The notes under the pieces: generated by a model
Seen by the model: the letters and a program-made list of their open reading frames with translations, nothing else
Told to the model about the DNA's origin: nothing
The model's database searches: none
Position numbers and translations under genes: made by a program
Shown: positions 1 to 13,539 of the stretch, in pieces
How the letters are laid out: every line of letters starts with the position of its first letter
Position numbering within the stretch: the first letter of the stretch is position 1
From: Hemiscyllium ocellatum
Lineage: Eukaryota
Direction: 5' to 3'
Assembly (NCBI RefSeq): GCF_020745735.1
Contig: NW_026867508.1
Span: 62,001-126,000, forward strand
Length of the DNA stretch: 64,000 nucleotides

Positions 1-599
1 TTAAAAAATAAGATCTAGTGTTGAGGTGCGAATGACGGCCCTTGTCATTAAATTTTTAATGGTCGAAATGTTTCCGCGTGGAACTGTGCCACATTTGCAT
101 CAATATGCATTGAGAAAAAACTCAACCCTGGTTGGAATCATATTCGCACAAAGGAAGATAAAAGATATTCACATGATCTCTGGAATTATCTACAGATGTT
201 TGTCTGCGTATTATCCTGAGTTCAAACATGTTTAGCGGCTTTAGAAATGGCATTCCCTTCATCGAAATGTGTGAATTGTTACAATTGCTTATAATTACTC
301 ATTACCTTTCAACATTGGCAATTTACCACGTGCTCAAGCAGACCAAATAAGCATATTTTGGTTTCAATCTAACACAAACAGCATTCGCACCTCACAAGCC
401 TGGTAGACAATGACTAACTCGAACAACAGAAGCTTTAACTCTTGCTGATGAATGTTGCGTGGCATTAAAATTCAGCAATATCAATTTTATAGCGAATACC
501 ATCCTTCAGAAAATTAATTGAATTCACCATATAAAGACTATGGCTACAAATGCTAATCAGCAACTGAGAATACTGCAGCGAGTAATTCACCGCCGGAAT

Positions 600-1020
600 C
601 CCAAAAGTTGTCCACTTTCTCGTATACTTAATTCGTGCATGTGATAAGATACTCACCACAAGAATGGATGAGTACAAATCTGACAAAAACATCTAACGTC
701 AAAACCACCCAGAAAGAACCATATTGCTTTCTTAATATCATATCCTCGAGAAAACAGTCCGTCGAAATTCATGGACAAAAGTTCGCACCATCGAAACATG
801 GCATTGCAGAAATTCACCAGCAGTCCTTGGATAACACCTTCCAAACCCACAAATACAGCCATCAGGAGACAAAGGGGAAAGAGATGCATGGACATTCCAG
901 CACCTGATGTTAACCTCAAAGCTATGCACTGTCCTCACTTAGAAAGATAGCATCATCCTTTCACTGTCACTGACGAGAAATCAAAACTTTACCTGGAACC
1001 CCAATTATTGCAATGGCAGG
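600..1020 (+). mobile_element. RTE/RTEX-like LINE 3' fragment (another copy at ~37960-38170, minus strand)
   Basis: IRYSPQEWMS remnant and CCTTTCACTGTCACTG..CAAAACTT..CTGGAAC tail. Confidence 0.45.
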
Positions 1021-1199
1021 ATAGTAAATTGCAAAGATCACACCTCTCGGTATTCCGTGCATCTTTCTCAGAGTTCCTGAGTGCACGCCACAATTCATTG
1101 AAGATGTAAGCGTATTTATTGCTGCTATCTTGCTCTTGGGACATAATTAGTTGCTTCAATCATTTACATGCATGAAATGTTATTTGTGCAGATGATTAT

Positions 1200-1600
1200 T
1201 CAGCTGCCTCAGATGGAGATAATGTTGTGATGCCATGTCCTGAGGTGAAGTCACTTCCTGTTCTTTTTCTCAGGGAATGGTAGGTGAGTTCCATCTCGAT
1301 GTATTATGGGATCTATCACCAAACACATCGAGTTAGATGCCCATCTAACACCCCCTTAGAAAAAAGAACAGGACGTGACATCAGCACTGGAAATGACAAC
1401 ACCGCAGGAAATGACATCACCAACCAAAGAAACCCAAATATAATAACTAAATGCAGGACTTATCAGCAGTGCTTCGTCTGAGACCCACTGTAGATTTTAC
1501 CTAGTAGGGTGACGAAACGTCTGGAAATGAACGTTCCAACTTAGGAGCAATCCTACATCCAAACCTCAACCTGAGCTAGAAATATGCTCAAAACTCGCTA
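1200..1600 (+). mobile_element. Penelope-like 3' fragment
   Basis: LEKRTGRDISTGNDNTAGNDITNQRNP; GGTGACGAAACGTCTGGAAATGAAC tail. Confidence 0.55.
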
Positions 1601-1639
1601 ACCTATAAGTTATATACCCAGACCTTGAATAAGTTCTTG

Positions 1640-3930
1640 AAGGTTGTTTCAAGGATATTTCATAGAACATAGAATAGAGATCGTTGCAGCACAGTACAGT
1701 CCCTTCGGCCCTCGATGTTGAGCCAAGCTGTGGAAACTATCTGAAACCCACCTAACATATGCTATTCCATTTTCATCCATAGGTTTATCCATGGCTATTT
1801 GAATGCCCCTAAATTTGGCGAGTCTATCACCGTTGCAGGTAGAGTTTTCTACACCAATACTACTCACTGGATAAAGAAATTACCTCCGACATCTCCCTAT
1901 ACCTACCAACACTCAACTTAAAGCTGTTCCCCGTCGTAGCCATCATCATCTGAGGAAAGAGGCTCTCATCGTGCACGGTATTGCACCCGCAGATTTGGAC
2001 TCGATTATATAACCGCTCAAACTTTTTCACTTTAAGGAGAAGAACCTCAAGTCCCTCAGCCTTTTATAATCAGCCTTTTTCTCCATATCAGGCAACATCT
2101 CAGTTAATCTCCTCTGAACACCTTCTAAAGCATCCACATCCTTCCGAAACTGTGGTGACCAGAATCATCCGCAATGCTCCAAGTGCAGCCGCATCAGGGT
2201 TTTGCACAGCTGCTGCAAGACCTCATGACTCGAACGCTCAATCCCTCTGCCAATGAAAGCACCACACCATATATTGTAACAACCCTATCAACTTTGGTGG
2301 TAACTTTCAGGGTTCTATGCACATAGACACCGAGATCTCTCTGCTCATCTACACTACCAATTATCTTTCTGTTAGCACAGTTCTCATTATGACTGTTGAT
2401 CCTTCTAAAATGAATCAATTCTCACTTTTCCACATTAAACACAATTAGCCACCTCTCAGTCCAGCTCTGCCGCTTATCTATGTCTCTTTGTACCCTTCAA
2501 CATCCTTCAACACTATCCACAACCCCATCGACGTTCGTGTCATCTGCAAATTTACTAACACATATTTCTATGCACTCATCCAGGTCATTTTTAAAACTGA
2601 CAAACAGCAGTTTGCCAGGACAAATAGTTCCAGTGCATGACTGTTAACCGTACTCCAGATGACCATTTCCCATCGATCAACTCCCTCTGTCTTCTTTCAG
2701 CTAGCCAATTTCTGACCAAACGGCTAAATGAACCTGAATCCCATTCCTCCGGATTTTGTGCAAGAACCAACCGTGTGGAACCTTATCAAACGCCTTACTG
2801 AAATTGACATACCACACATCAAGCACTTTATTCTCATCCACCTATTCGGTCACCTTCTCAAAGAACTCAATAAGCTTTGTGAGTCAAGTTCTATCCTTCT
2901 CAAGACGGGGTTGATTATCTCTTAGCAACTTCTTCCTTTCAAGATGACTGTAAATATATATTTTATAATCCATTCCAATAATTTACCAACAATATAAAGA
3001 GGGGTCATTGGTCTATAATTATCTCTTCTCTCATTCTTTAACAAGGGGACAACACTTGCTATCCTGCAGTCTTCTGCCACGACTCCTGCAAATAATAAGA
3101 ACCTAAAGGCCAAAGCCAAAGGCTCTGAAATATCCATCCAGGGAATCCTGGGATAAATCCCATCTGGCCCAGGGAATTTATTTATTTTTGACCTCTCCAG
3201 AATTGCTAACACTCCTCTTTCTGATCTTCAATCCCATTTAGTCTAGTAGTCTGTATTTCAGTATTCGACTCGACAACGTTGTCGTTTTCCAACGTGAATA
3301 CTGACGAAAAATATCCATTTAGCGCTTCCCCTACCTCTTTGGACCCCATGCAAAACGTCCCTCTCCCAGCCTTGATTGGCCCTAATATTACTCTTGTCCT
3401 CCTTCCATTCCTGATAAACCATTCGATGTTTTACGGTTTTCATTGATCATATCTGCCAACGAATTCAGATGTCACCACCAAGCGCATCTTCGTTCTCTCT
3501 TTGGGTTATTCCTGACTAACCTGTAACACTCGGGCGCTCTAACTGAGCCTTCACGTCCAATCCTAACAAAAGCTTGCTTTGTCTTGACAAGAGATTCAGC
3601 GTCTTTAGTAAATCATGGCGACCTTGATGGACCACTTCCTCCCTGCCTGATAGATACATGCTTATCGAGGACATGAAGTACCAGTTCCTTGAACGACTCC
3701 AAATTTCAACTGTGTCCATTCACTGTAGTTTCCTTCCCGATCCTATTCCTACTGAACCTTGCCTAATCGCATCTTAATTACCTTTCCCCAGCTCAACTCT
3801 TGCTCTGCAGTATACGTCTATCCCTTTCCATCACAAGAGTAAACATAATGAAATTGTGGTTACTATCACCAAAGTACGCACCTAACTCCAAATCTATTAC
3901 ATGGCCGAGCTCATTATCTGGTACCATTCA
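1640..3930 (-). mobile_element. Older CR1 LINE fragment
   Basis: [22 protein letters not shown] remnants; CATAGAACATAG tail at ~1661. Confidence 0.85.
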
Positions 3931-4229
3931 TAATTCTGAACGACGGTAAGTTCTACTGAGAAAAGAAGACTTTACAAGAAAGAAGCAATACCGTTGGCCA
4001 GAAGTTCAAAATGAAGGGAAAGCCAAATAATCCTGTATTGTCAGCAGTAAGGAAGAGGGATGGGAGTAAAAGAAAACAAGAAAAAAATGCCCAAGAAAAT
4101 AATGCCATTGGAATATATGGAAAATAATTCACAGAAAGCTGAATCAGAGAGCAAAACGTGTTTCTAAATATCGAAAATTTACAGGTATCAAAAGTCATGA
4201 TTTATCCTTTCGTAGACGAAATTGTGAAA

Positions 4230-4910
4230 ATAATATTAGAAGTAAAGAAATAACTGTTTCTTGGAAGAAGTGTTGGATCGTCAAAGTGGTCAAGAAGGCA
4301 GATAGGATACTTCCATTTCTACGCTGAAGCATAAAGCTTAAAAGCAGAGAGGTGACACTGGAACTTCATGAAACGTAATTACAGAATTATGCGTGGTTCT
4401 GACACCCACATGTACAACGGATTTGTTTGCCCAGACGAGGGAGCGAGCGAGGTTTCCTGTGATGTTTCGTGAGGTGGAGATATTTAATTATAAAGAGAAA
4501 ATGGACAGACTGGGGTTGTTATTATTAAATAGAGAGACTGAGAAGGAGAAACAATTGAAATGTTTAAAACTATGAGGTTCACAGACGAGCTCGACAGGTC
4601 AGAATTTATCCACTCACAGGAGTGATCAATGATTGGGCAGAAATTTGAGGTACAGTTTTGGAGGATTAGAATAGATATGAGGTAATTGTATTCACTCAGA
4701 TGTTGGTGGAATCTGGTACTCACTGACTATAAAGGGCGGCAGATTCGGAAACCCTGACAACATCTGAAAAATTTTAAGTGTGCAGTTGTGACGCCAAGGC
4801 ACAAAAGAACACATGTTAATTGCTAGAAAATGGGAAAGAATACGCTTTTTTTTTTAATCAGCATAGACTCAATCGACCGAAGGGTCATTTCGTTCGGTAC
4901 TGCATACTGG
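4230..4910 (+). mobile_element. Degenerate CR1 3' fragment
   Basis: DRLGLLLL..R and GHRFKV-like remnants plus a CR1 3' UTR. Confidence 0.65.
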
Positions 4911-5343
4911 TATATCTCTCTTGCTATTATGGTAAAACAAAGCTGTAAACTGATGAATGGAACTTTAAACAATCATTAAACCCATGAGACGGAAAGAAAA
5001 CGTAGAAGCATAATGGGATAGGGAGGTAAAAGTCTCCAGGACCTCTAGTGTTTGACACATTATAAAAGCTAGATTAGAAACATCAACGTGAAAGGAAAAT
5101 GGGATTTTACTGGAAAGGAAACACTTCTTTTCTTTCGAAATGTCTTTACTATAACATCGTAAAACTACAACAACAGGAAGTGAGAAATGGACTGCAGTCA
5201 GTGCTGCACCTTTTCTAAGATTTGTCTTCGAGGTGAAGGCATGACATATAAATATTTCACGTCGTTTCATTGACATTGCCAGAGATTGTAGATAATATAT
5301 ATTCAGTGATCAGGATAGTCACAGGGGATAATTAGATAACATA

Positions 5344-8201
5344 TCTAGAACATAGAACATAGAAAAATACAGCGCAGTACAGGTCCTTCGGCCCACGATG
5401 TTGCGCCGACCGAAGCCTACCTAACCTACACTAGACCAATAACCTCCATATGCTTATCCAATGACCGCTTAAATGACCATAAAGAGGGAGAGTCCACCAC
5501 TGCTACTGGCAAGGCATTCCAAGAACTCACAACCCGCTGAGTAAAGAATCTACAGCTAACATCTGTCCTATACCTAACACCCCTTAATTTAAAGCTGTGT
5601 TCCCTAGTAACAGCTGACTCCATTAGCGGAAAAAGGTTCTCACTGTCAACCCTATCTAAACCCCTAATCATCTTGTACACCTCTATCAAATCTCCCCTAA
5701 CCCTTCTTTTCTCCAATGAGAACAGCCCCAAATGCCTCAGCTTTTCCTCATACGATCTTCCTACCATGCCAGGCAACAACCTGGTAAACCTCCCCTGCAC
5801 CCGTTCCAGTGCCTCCACATCCTTCCTATAGTATGGCGACCAAAACTGCACACAATACTCCAGATGAGGCCGCACCAGTGTCTTATATAACTGCAACATG
5901 ACCTCAGGACTGCGGAACTCAATTCCTCTACCAATAAAGCCCAGTACAGCATATGCCTTCTTCACAGCACTATTTACCTGGGTGGCAACGTTCAGAGATC
6001 TGTGTACATGGACACCAAGATCCCTCTGCTCATCCACACTACCAAGTAGCCTACCATTAGCCAGTAATCCATCTTCTTGTTTCTCCTACCAAAGTGAATG
6101 ACTTCACTCTAACCTACATTGAACTCCGTTTGCCACCTTTCTGCCCAGCTCTGCAACTTATCTACCCCGCTGTAACCTGCCACAGCCTTCTTCACTGTCC
6201 ACAACTCCACCGACTTTCGTGTCATCCGCAAACTTGCTCACCCAGTCTTCAAGCCCCTCCTCCACGTCATTTATAAAAATGACAAACAGCAATGGTCCCA
6301 AAACAGATCCTTGTGGAACACCGCTAGTAACTGCACTCCCAGATGAACCTATACCATCAACTACTACCCTCTGTCTCCTTCCAGCCAGCCAATTCCTAAT
6401 CCAAACCTCTAATGCACCTTCAATGGCATACCTCCGTTGTTTTTGCATTAGACTGCCATGGGATACCTTATCGAACGCCTTGATAAAATCCATATACACC
6501 ACATCAACTGTTTTACCTTGGTCCACTTCCTTGGTCACCTTCTCAAAGAACTCAATAAGGTTTGTGATGCACGACCTGCCCTTCACAAAACCATGCTGAC
6601 TATCCTTGATCACAGTATTCCTATCCAGATGTTCATAAATCCTATCCCTTACAATTCTGTCTAAGACTTTGCCCACAACAGAAGTGAGACTCACTGGCCT
6701 AGGGTTACTAAGGCTATCCCTCCTCCCCTTCTTGAACAAGGGGACCACATTCGCTATCCTCCAGTCTTCTGGCACTATTCCCGTAGACAACGACGACATA
6801 AAAATCAAGGCCAATGGCTCCGCTATCTCCTCCCTAGCTTCCCAGAGGATCCTAGGATAAATGCCATCAGGTCCAGAAGACTTATCTATTTTCATCCTTT
6901 CCAGTATTCCCCAGACCTCTTCCCTACATACCTCAAGGCCATCCATTCTAATCAAGGCCATCCATTCTAATTTCACTTGTGACTCAATATTCACATCAGC
7001 AACAGTGTCCTGTTCCTGAGTGAATACTGATGAAAAGTATTGATTTAGTGTCTCTCCAATCTCCTCCACCTCCACGTACAACTTCCCACTACTATCCTTG
7101 ACTGGACCGATACCTACCCTAATCATCCTTTTATTCCTGACACACCTATAGAAAGCCTTTGGGTTTTCCCTAATCCTACCAACTAATGACTTTTCATGTC
7201 CCCTTCTCGCTGCTCTTAGCTCTCTGTTTAGATCCTTCCTGGCTACCTTATAACTCTCAATCGCCCCAACTGAACCTTCACACCTCATCTTTACATAGGC
7301 CGCCCTCTTCCCTTTCACAAAGGATTCCAATTCCTATTAAACCACGGCTCCCTCACAAGACCCTTTACTCACTGCCTGAATGGTACATACTTATCAAGGA
7401 CACCTATTAGCTGTTCCTTGAACAATCTCCACGTATCATTTGTGTTCTTCCCTTGAAGCCTATTTTTCCAATCCACGCATCCTAAGCCATGCCTCACCGC
7501 ATCATAATTTCCCTGCCCCCAGCTATAACTCTTGCCCTGCAGTGCACACTTATCCCTCTCCATCACTAGAGTAAAAGTCAACGAGTTGTGGTCACTGTCC
7601 ACGAAGTGCTCACCTACCTCCAAGTCTATCACCTGACCTGGTTTATTACCTAGAACCAAATCCAGTATAGCCTCACCTCTTGTTGGCCTGTCTACATATT
7701 GTGTCAGGAAACCCTCCTGCACACATTTGACAAACACCGACCCATCTAACGAACTCGAGCTATAGCTTTCCCAGTCAATATCTGGGAAGTTAAAGTCCCC
7801 CATAACAACCACCCTGCTGCTTTCACTCTTCCCCTGAATCATCCTCGCAATAATTTCCTCTACTTCTCTCGGACTATGAGGAGGCCTGTAGAAAACTCCT
7901 AACAGGGTGACCTCATCTTTCCTATTTCTAACCTCAGCCTGCGCGCATTTATAAGAAAATAAAACCTTCCCAGGTAAGCTAGTGTGACACCAGCTTCCGG
8001 GTCCGCTCGGCAGTTAAAAAAAACTATAAATTTTAGCCGTTAAAAAAACAATAACTGGACTATACCACGACTTTAAAAAAACACCACCAGACAGCCATTA
8101 CCTTCTCCGCCGAGAGAGTGAGGCCGACGGCTTGGAGCTGCACGCTTTTATTAAAAAAAACCTTCCCAGGTAAGCTAGCACGACACCAGCTTCTGGGTCC
8201 G
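5344..8201 (-). mobile_element. CR1 LINE, young subfamily: endonuclease and RT ORF2 in three pieces, with 3' tail
   Basis: ORFs 7369-7842 (VVVMGDFNFPDIDW), 6158-7330 ([34 protein letters not shown]) and 5426-6037 (RPHLEYCVQFWSP); (AGAACAT)n tail at 5344-5365. Confidence 0.95.
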
Positions 8202-8331
8202 AATGAAATGACCGAGCAAACACAGTAAGCAAGAACGTCATTCAGCTAAAATAATAAGAGACTCCGCTCTTTGTCAATTTACCATCCAGGTCTTGATCTT
8301 TTTCGGTGATAGAAGGTGAGAATGCCTTAGA

Positions 8332-8585
8332 ATGTTTTGTAAGGATTAACTGCATTCTTGTATTAATGTTCATCTCAGCGCGCAGTAATGCATTGCAAAG
8401 TCAGAGATCTAAGCTTTGTTGAATTCTGAAGGAACTGTTTTCTTGGTTTCATTCAAATTAGCAGAGCAGTGAACTGAGATATCTGTAGGCTTATCCCCAT
8501 GAATGGTGCCATATTTCCTCAGCGAATACCTCGGAACTCATCTTGGTTTAGACCATTTGAAAAAGGAGGTAAAGTAGCACTGACC
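8332..8585 (-). pseudogene. TCR alpha/delta V pseudogene, 3' two-thirds, cut at its 5' side by an LTR fragment
   Basis: FKWSKPR*VPRYSLRKYGTIHGDKPTDISVHCSANLNETKKTVPSEFNKA*ISDFAMHYCALR, then AACATTA-23-ACAAAACAT (dead heptamer). Confidence 0.72.
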
Positions 8586-8900
8586 GAAACGTATTATTTT
8601 TGCTTGAGCAGATGTAGAGTGGATATTCTAGGAGTGATGCAGCTGGTCCTTACGTAGGACCTTACAGGTTTCAGATGTAAAGGTCAGGAAAGACACCTCT
8701 GTGGTAGCATAGAACCTCTTTTCACTTTAGCTCCTTCTCTGCTAACAGCAGTTTTCTAACTGCTTGCAGAAAGAAACGAAATAGAAAAAAATAACTGAAT
8801 AGGGAGATCTGGCTTTTCTTCTGCCATTGTTCAAAATAAGTGTTTTCAGACAAATTAGCACCACTGCCTCTCTGATCCCTCTTGAAAAAGGAGAACATAA
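8585..8900 (-). mobile_element. Deleted LTR of the second family, interrupting the 8.3-kb V pseudogene
   Basis: GGATATTCTAGGAGTGATGCAGC and CTTGAAAAAGGAG match both ends of the family. Confidence 0.45.
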
Positions 8901-10229
8901 CCTCGTTAAAGGCGATGCATCATCACAGCTATCCGTATGTTATTGTGAGGATAAAGGCAGAATCCCGAACGCAGCAGGCACTTCAAGAAAAGCAAAACGT
9001 GGAGAAGCAAAAAGTGCAGTACCATCTCAGTTGATCTGGCAGAATCTGTGGAGAGAGAACCAGTTACGTTTATCAATCAAATATGACTCTTCTTCAGAAC
9101 TGTGGAGATGTTTCATGTGATGAAATGGAACGAATGGGTGGTTACCTGGGCATCATGTAAACGCCCACGCAGGCATTCAGCATCAGACATGGGGACATTT
9201 CCTGGTAATCAATGGGTAATATTTGGTCTGACACCAACAACGAGCCAACGACAATGCTTCAGGCTTTCGAGCAACCATTACTGCACAGGAACTCTGAACG
9301 GCTCAATTTCACAATTTTCCCTGAATCTTACACGTACATTGAAACCCAACTGGGACAGACATACTAACAAATTTTGAAGTTCTTGTCACCAGAAGATATC
9401 TCCAAACTGAACGTCTATGGGAAATTTTGCGGCTGTCAGTTTGCATGATATTGTGTATTTTTGTCTCTCTTCAGTCTCAGTCCACTTTTGCTCCGGTGTC
9501 GAGTCATCTGGAGTGGGGTGGCATTATATCTCTTTACAAACATGCTGTAGAATAAAGAAGGTTTGACACCTTTTAACTCATGGAACCTATTGACAAAATG
9601 TCTTTCTTTGAAGTTACACAGAAGCACAGAGACACACATAGAGAGAAACACAGACGCATGCACACATGCGCACAGATAGATACAAAAAGAAATAGATCGT
9701 GAGGGTTAAACACAGATGGAAAAATGGAGGGCTATGCACAGATTGACAACTATTTGCAAATACTCAAAGATGCAGATAGTCACACACAGACGTCAATTTT
9801 CTTAATTTAATCATTGGTATCATGTTTCTTTCTATGAAATGCAGTTTTCCGGGATCTCAAGTCGCATAAGTATCTTCTGGTAACAGGAAAAAGAAATTCT
9901 GGATTCAGAAATGCACCGCTTGAGAAGGAAATCATGCAGTTAATCCCACTCCCCTGCTTGGCTCACAATGTCTTGCAAATGTTCACATTCCAAGCCTGAC
10001 CAAGACTCCGTTGAAAATAAGAGTACAACTGCCTCAGCTCTCTATCAAACAGCACATTGCAAATCACAATGAATTTCTTTAAAATAAGTGCTGTCTTTAT
10101 GCCACGCCCACTCCGAAGAATCTTCATGCAAAATTTCATGCTATTCTGGAAAGTGGGACATGACGATTATTCTTCAACACAGTCGCACGTATGATCATAA
10201 CAATAAGCAAGTTTATGTCTGAGGGTCAG

Positions 10230-10690
10230 ACGAAGAATGTGCATGCATGATTGACAGTGTGCATTAGCAAATGAGAGAGGGTGCAAAACAATAGCACATG
10301 CATGCGTATGTGTATGTGCATGAGACTGTGCTAGTGTGTGGGTGTGACTGGCAGAACGTGTGAGTGTAACAGTGGTGAGTAAGTGTGAATGGTGTGTAGA
10401 TCTCTGAGTGAAGGAACATGTCACCCCTTGCCGTCCGCAACCTCTAACTTTTCCCAAAGAATAATTATCTTTTCGCCACTCAGTTTTGGATTATTATTTG
10501 TCAATATCGAGCTCACTATCATATGTGTGTGTGGGAGAATTTGTCATTAAGTTTGAAAATAGGTGATTGATAATGTGGGAAAGCGCGTGATTGCAAATGA
10601 TAGAATATGTATAAGTGAGAGTTTGTCTCAGACTGAGTTTGACTAGGTGTTTGAATATGAGTGAGAGAGTGTGTGCAAGTGAGTTTAGAA
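10230..10690. repeat. Degenerate (TG)n tract (similar tracts at 9620-9790 and 58600-58790)
   Basis: TG/CA-rich sequence. Confidence 0.75.
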
Positions 10691-10810
10691 CATAGAACAT
10701 TGGACAATACAGCGCAGAACAGACCTTAAACCCTCGATGTTGCGCCGATCTGTGAACTATTCTCAGCCCGCACCCCTACACTATCACATCATCATCCATG
10801 TGCTTATGGT
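10686..10810 (-). mobile_element. CR1 3' tail fragment
   Basis: AGAACATAGAACAT..CAGCGCAG..CCCTCGATGTTGCGCCGA. Confidence 0.7.
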
Positions 10811-11099
10811 AACAGAGAGAATGTGTGCCTGAGAGATAGTGAGAGAGTTTGAGAATGAATTTTGTGAATTTGACAGAGTGAACATCTCACTAATACCGTC
10901 CCAGTATCCTTCTAAAAATTCCTCCATACCTGTGCTCGTCTAATTGTGCTCTCTTCTACATTACTTCAATCCAAAGTCTATCACTGTTTTTTGTGCATTT
11001 AACTGCGGAAGACTTATTCTTTTGAGATTATATCATCAATGACTTTCTGCCTTGTTCAGTACGTGGCATTTAATCGTAATTCTTCAAAAGAATTTTTTC

Positions 11100-11940
11100 A
11101 GAATCATAGGGTCATCAAGTCTTACAGCATGGAGGCATGTCCTTTAGCCCAAATTGTCCCAAGCTTATCAAAATAACCGTCGACGCCAACCCCATTTCCC
11201 TGCATTTGGCCCATATCCTTCTAATTATTTCCTACCGAAATATTTGACTAAATGCCTTTTAAATGTTGTTAACGTACCTGCCTCAAACACTCCTGCTGGT
11301 AGCACTTTCCATCTGCGTAATAGCCTCTGTGTAAAAAAATAAATTGCCTTCAGATTCCCTTTTCTTTTTCCCCTCTGCAGATACGTCCTAGTCCTGTATT
11401 CCCCAAGCCAGCAAAAAATACTGAGTGCATTAACACTGTCCATGCTTCTTCTGACTTCATGCACATCTAAAAGGTTCCCCCAGTCTCCTATTCTCTAAGG
11501 AAAGCTCTCATAGCCTGTCAAATCCCTCCCTATAACAGAAACGATTGAGTCCGTGGAAAATTCTTGTAAATTTCTTCTTCACTCTTTCCAGTTTAATAAC
11601 ATCCTTCAGATATCAAGGTGACCAAAACTGAACACAATACTCCGCCTGCGGCCTCACCAACATCCTGTATAATTGAAAAGTAACTTCCCAACTTCTATAC
11701 TCAATATCCTGGCTGATGCAGTCCAGTGTGCCAAAAGTCTTCGTCACTGCTCTTTCTACCTGTGACGCCAGTTTCACAGCAATGTGATCCTAAACTCGAA
11801 GATCCCTCTGTTTCACTACTCTCCTAAAGGCCCTAATATTCTCCATGCAAGTCCGACCATGATTTGACTTTCCAAAATGCAATACCTCATACTTATCTAT
11901 ATTGAACTTCATTTGCCATTTCTCGCTTACATCCGTAATT
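11100..11940 (-). mobile_element. CR1 3' fragment
   Basis: FFTQRLLRRWKVLP..EAGTLTTFKRHL remnant. Confidence 0.8.
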
Positions 11941-12538
11941 CTGCAGGTTAAATGAATAGTGAGGAAAACCTAGTTCAAACTCTTTTTGCAACAACTCAGA
12001 CTTCAGTTCAAACATCTTGCTATGGATTATTGCATGGGAACGAAATGTTTCAATGAAGATCGTACCGTGATTGAGTTCTCATAGTTCATTTCTTATGCTG
12101 TAATAAGATCACAGTACAAACTGCATGCTACTGCATTATGCCATAAAAGTACTTCCTTAAGCAGAAAAAAAACGGAGTTTGCTACATTCGAGTAAGACCT
12201 AATGTCCAAAAATTCAGTTGATTAATGTTACAAGGCCATATGCAAAGATCAAGATTTAAGCCATATTATAAATGGTATGTCCATTAACACATTCGTAATA
12301 AATTGAATTACATTTTATAATCGTCCATAAAGCAAGCTCTGACAATGCATTATAGTTTACCACAGCAAAGTATAAAATCACACAAAGTGCATGCATATAA
12401 CGAAAATTGGCTACAGTCTCTTTCATTTAGATAGTGCCAGATGTTGGAAAAAATATCATGCCAATTCTGAAAGGAGACGTGCCTCATATCCAGAGGTTCA
12501 AGTAAATTTAAATAACTCATTTGTGATCTATTCCTCCC

Positions 12539-12608
12539 CAGGAATACCAATTACTAGGAGAATCAGGTACAAGATGACAGAGAAAGGGTCATTGGTATGT
12601 CCATAGAT
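12539..12608 (-). pseudogene. Orphan GPR139-like exon 1
   Basis: Aligns without gaps to exon 1 at 43619-43688, including upstream CTGAAAGACGAT; reads IYGHTNDPFSVILYLILLVIGIP; start ATG>ATC and donor GT>GG. Confidence 0.75.
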
Positions 12609-13539
12609 CGTCTTTCAGAAACGAAAATATTTCACAACGTGGTGTAACTCAGCTTTATCACATATCCCTGTTGACCCTCGTTGATTCCTTCTGTGAGTCT
12701 GCAGGCCAACAGTAACACTTCAACCTCAAGTTTGCTTACAATCTATTTCAAATACGCATAAAGTCAAAGTTCTGTGTCTTGCATTTCTAACTTTGTAAGT
12801 GAAACTTTGTTATATCTGTAGGCAAAATGCTGGCGGCCACCCTCTGTCCATAAGCGATATCTTCAAACTCTGCATTGAATGGAACTGCTTATTTTAAGTA
12901 CTGAGATGATATCGAATTTCTAAATTTAAACGTCTCTTCCATGTTCTAAATTGTTCTATTCATTTCGTTGCCAAATTAAATTAAACTTTTGTTCATTGCA
13001 AATTATTTTAATGTTTCAGCATTAACGTCATGTCAGTATTTAAATACATTTATACCACATCTGTTTGAACAATCATGCACTATATGAGAGTGTATCGGAG
13101 GTAAATACCATCGCATGCAAATTCTGTGCCATGTGCAACTGTAGATCTCTTCCGTGTTTTCTGCTAAACTGTACATCCAGGAAGGATCTCCAAATAGTTG
13201 ATCCTCGTTAATGGATGTACTATAAGCTCCCACATGGCATGATACAGTTCAGAGAGAGTTATCATTGAGAGTTATCATGCATGATCCATGGCTTACATCT
13301 GTCATATCAAAAGCACTGGCAATGGAGGCATGATGAATATAATATCTGATATTACATGCTCTGGGTGATCTTGATTAAGAATGAGCCGAATATAATATGA
13401 AAAGTGACAACATGATTAATTGGGAGAATTACGTTTAGCTTAACTGGAAGAAAGGAAGTGGGGGGGCGGGTGTGTGTGCAATGAGAGATGACATGCGGTC
13501 CATTGCATTATGCTTTGATGGTCATAACACTTAATTGTA

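Noticed and set aside
9102-9380. Ig-light-like fragments (YLV*HQQR, SQFSLNL)
   Set aside because: The fragments lie in different frames with inconsistent spacing.
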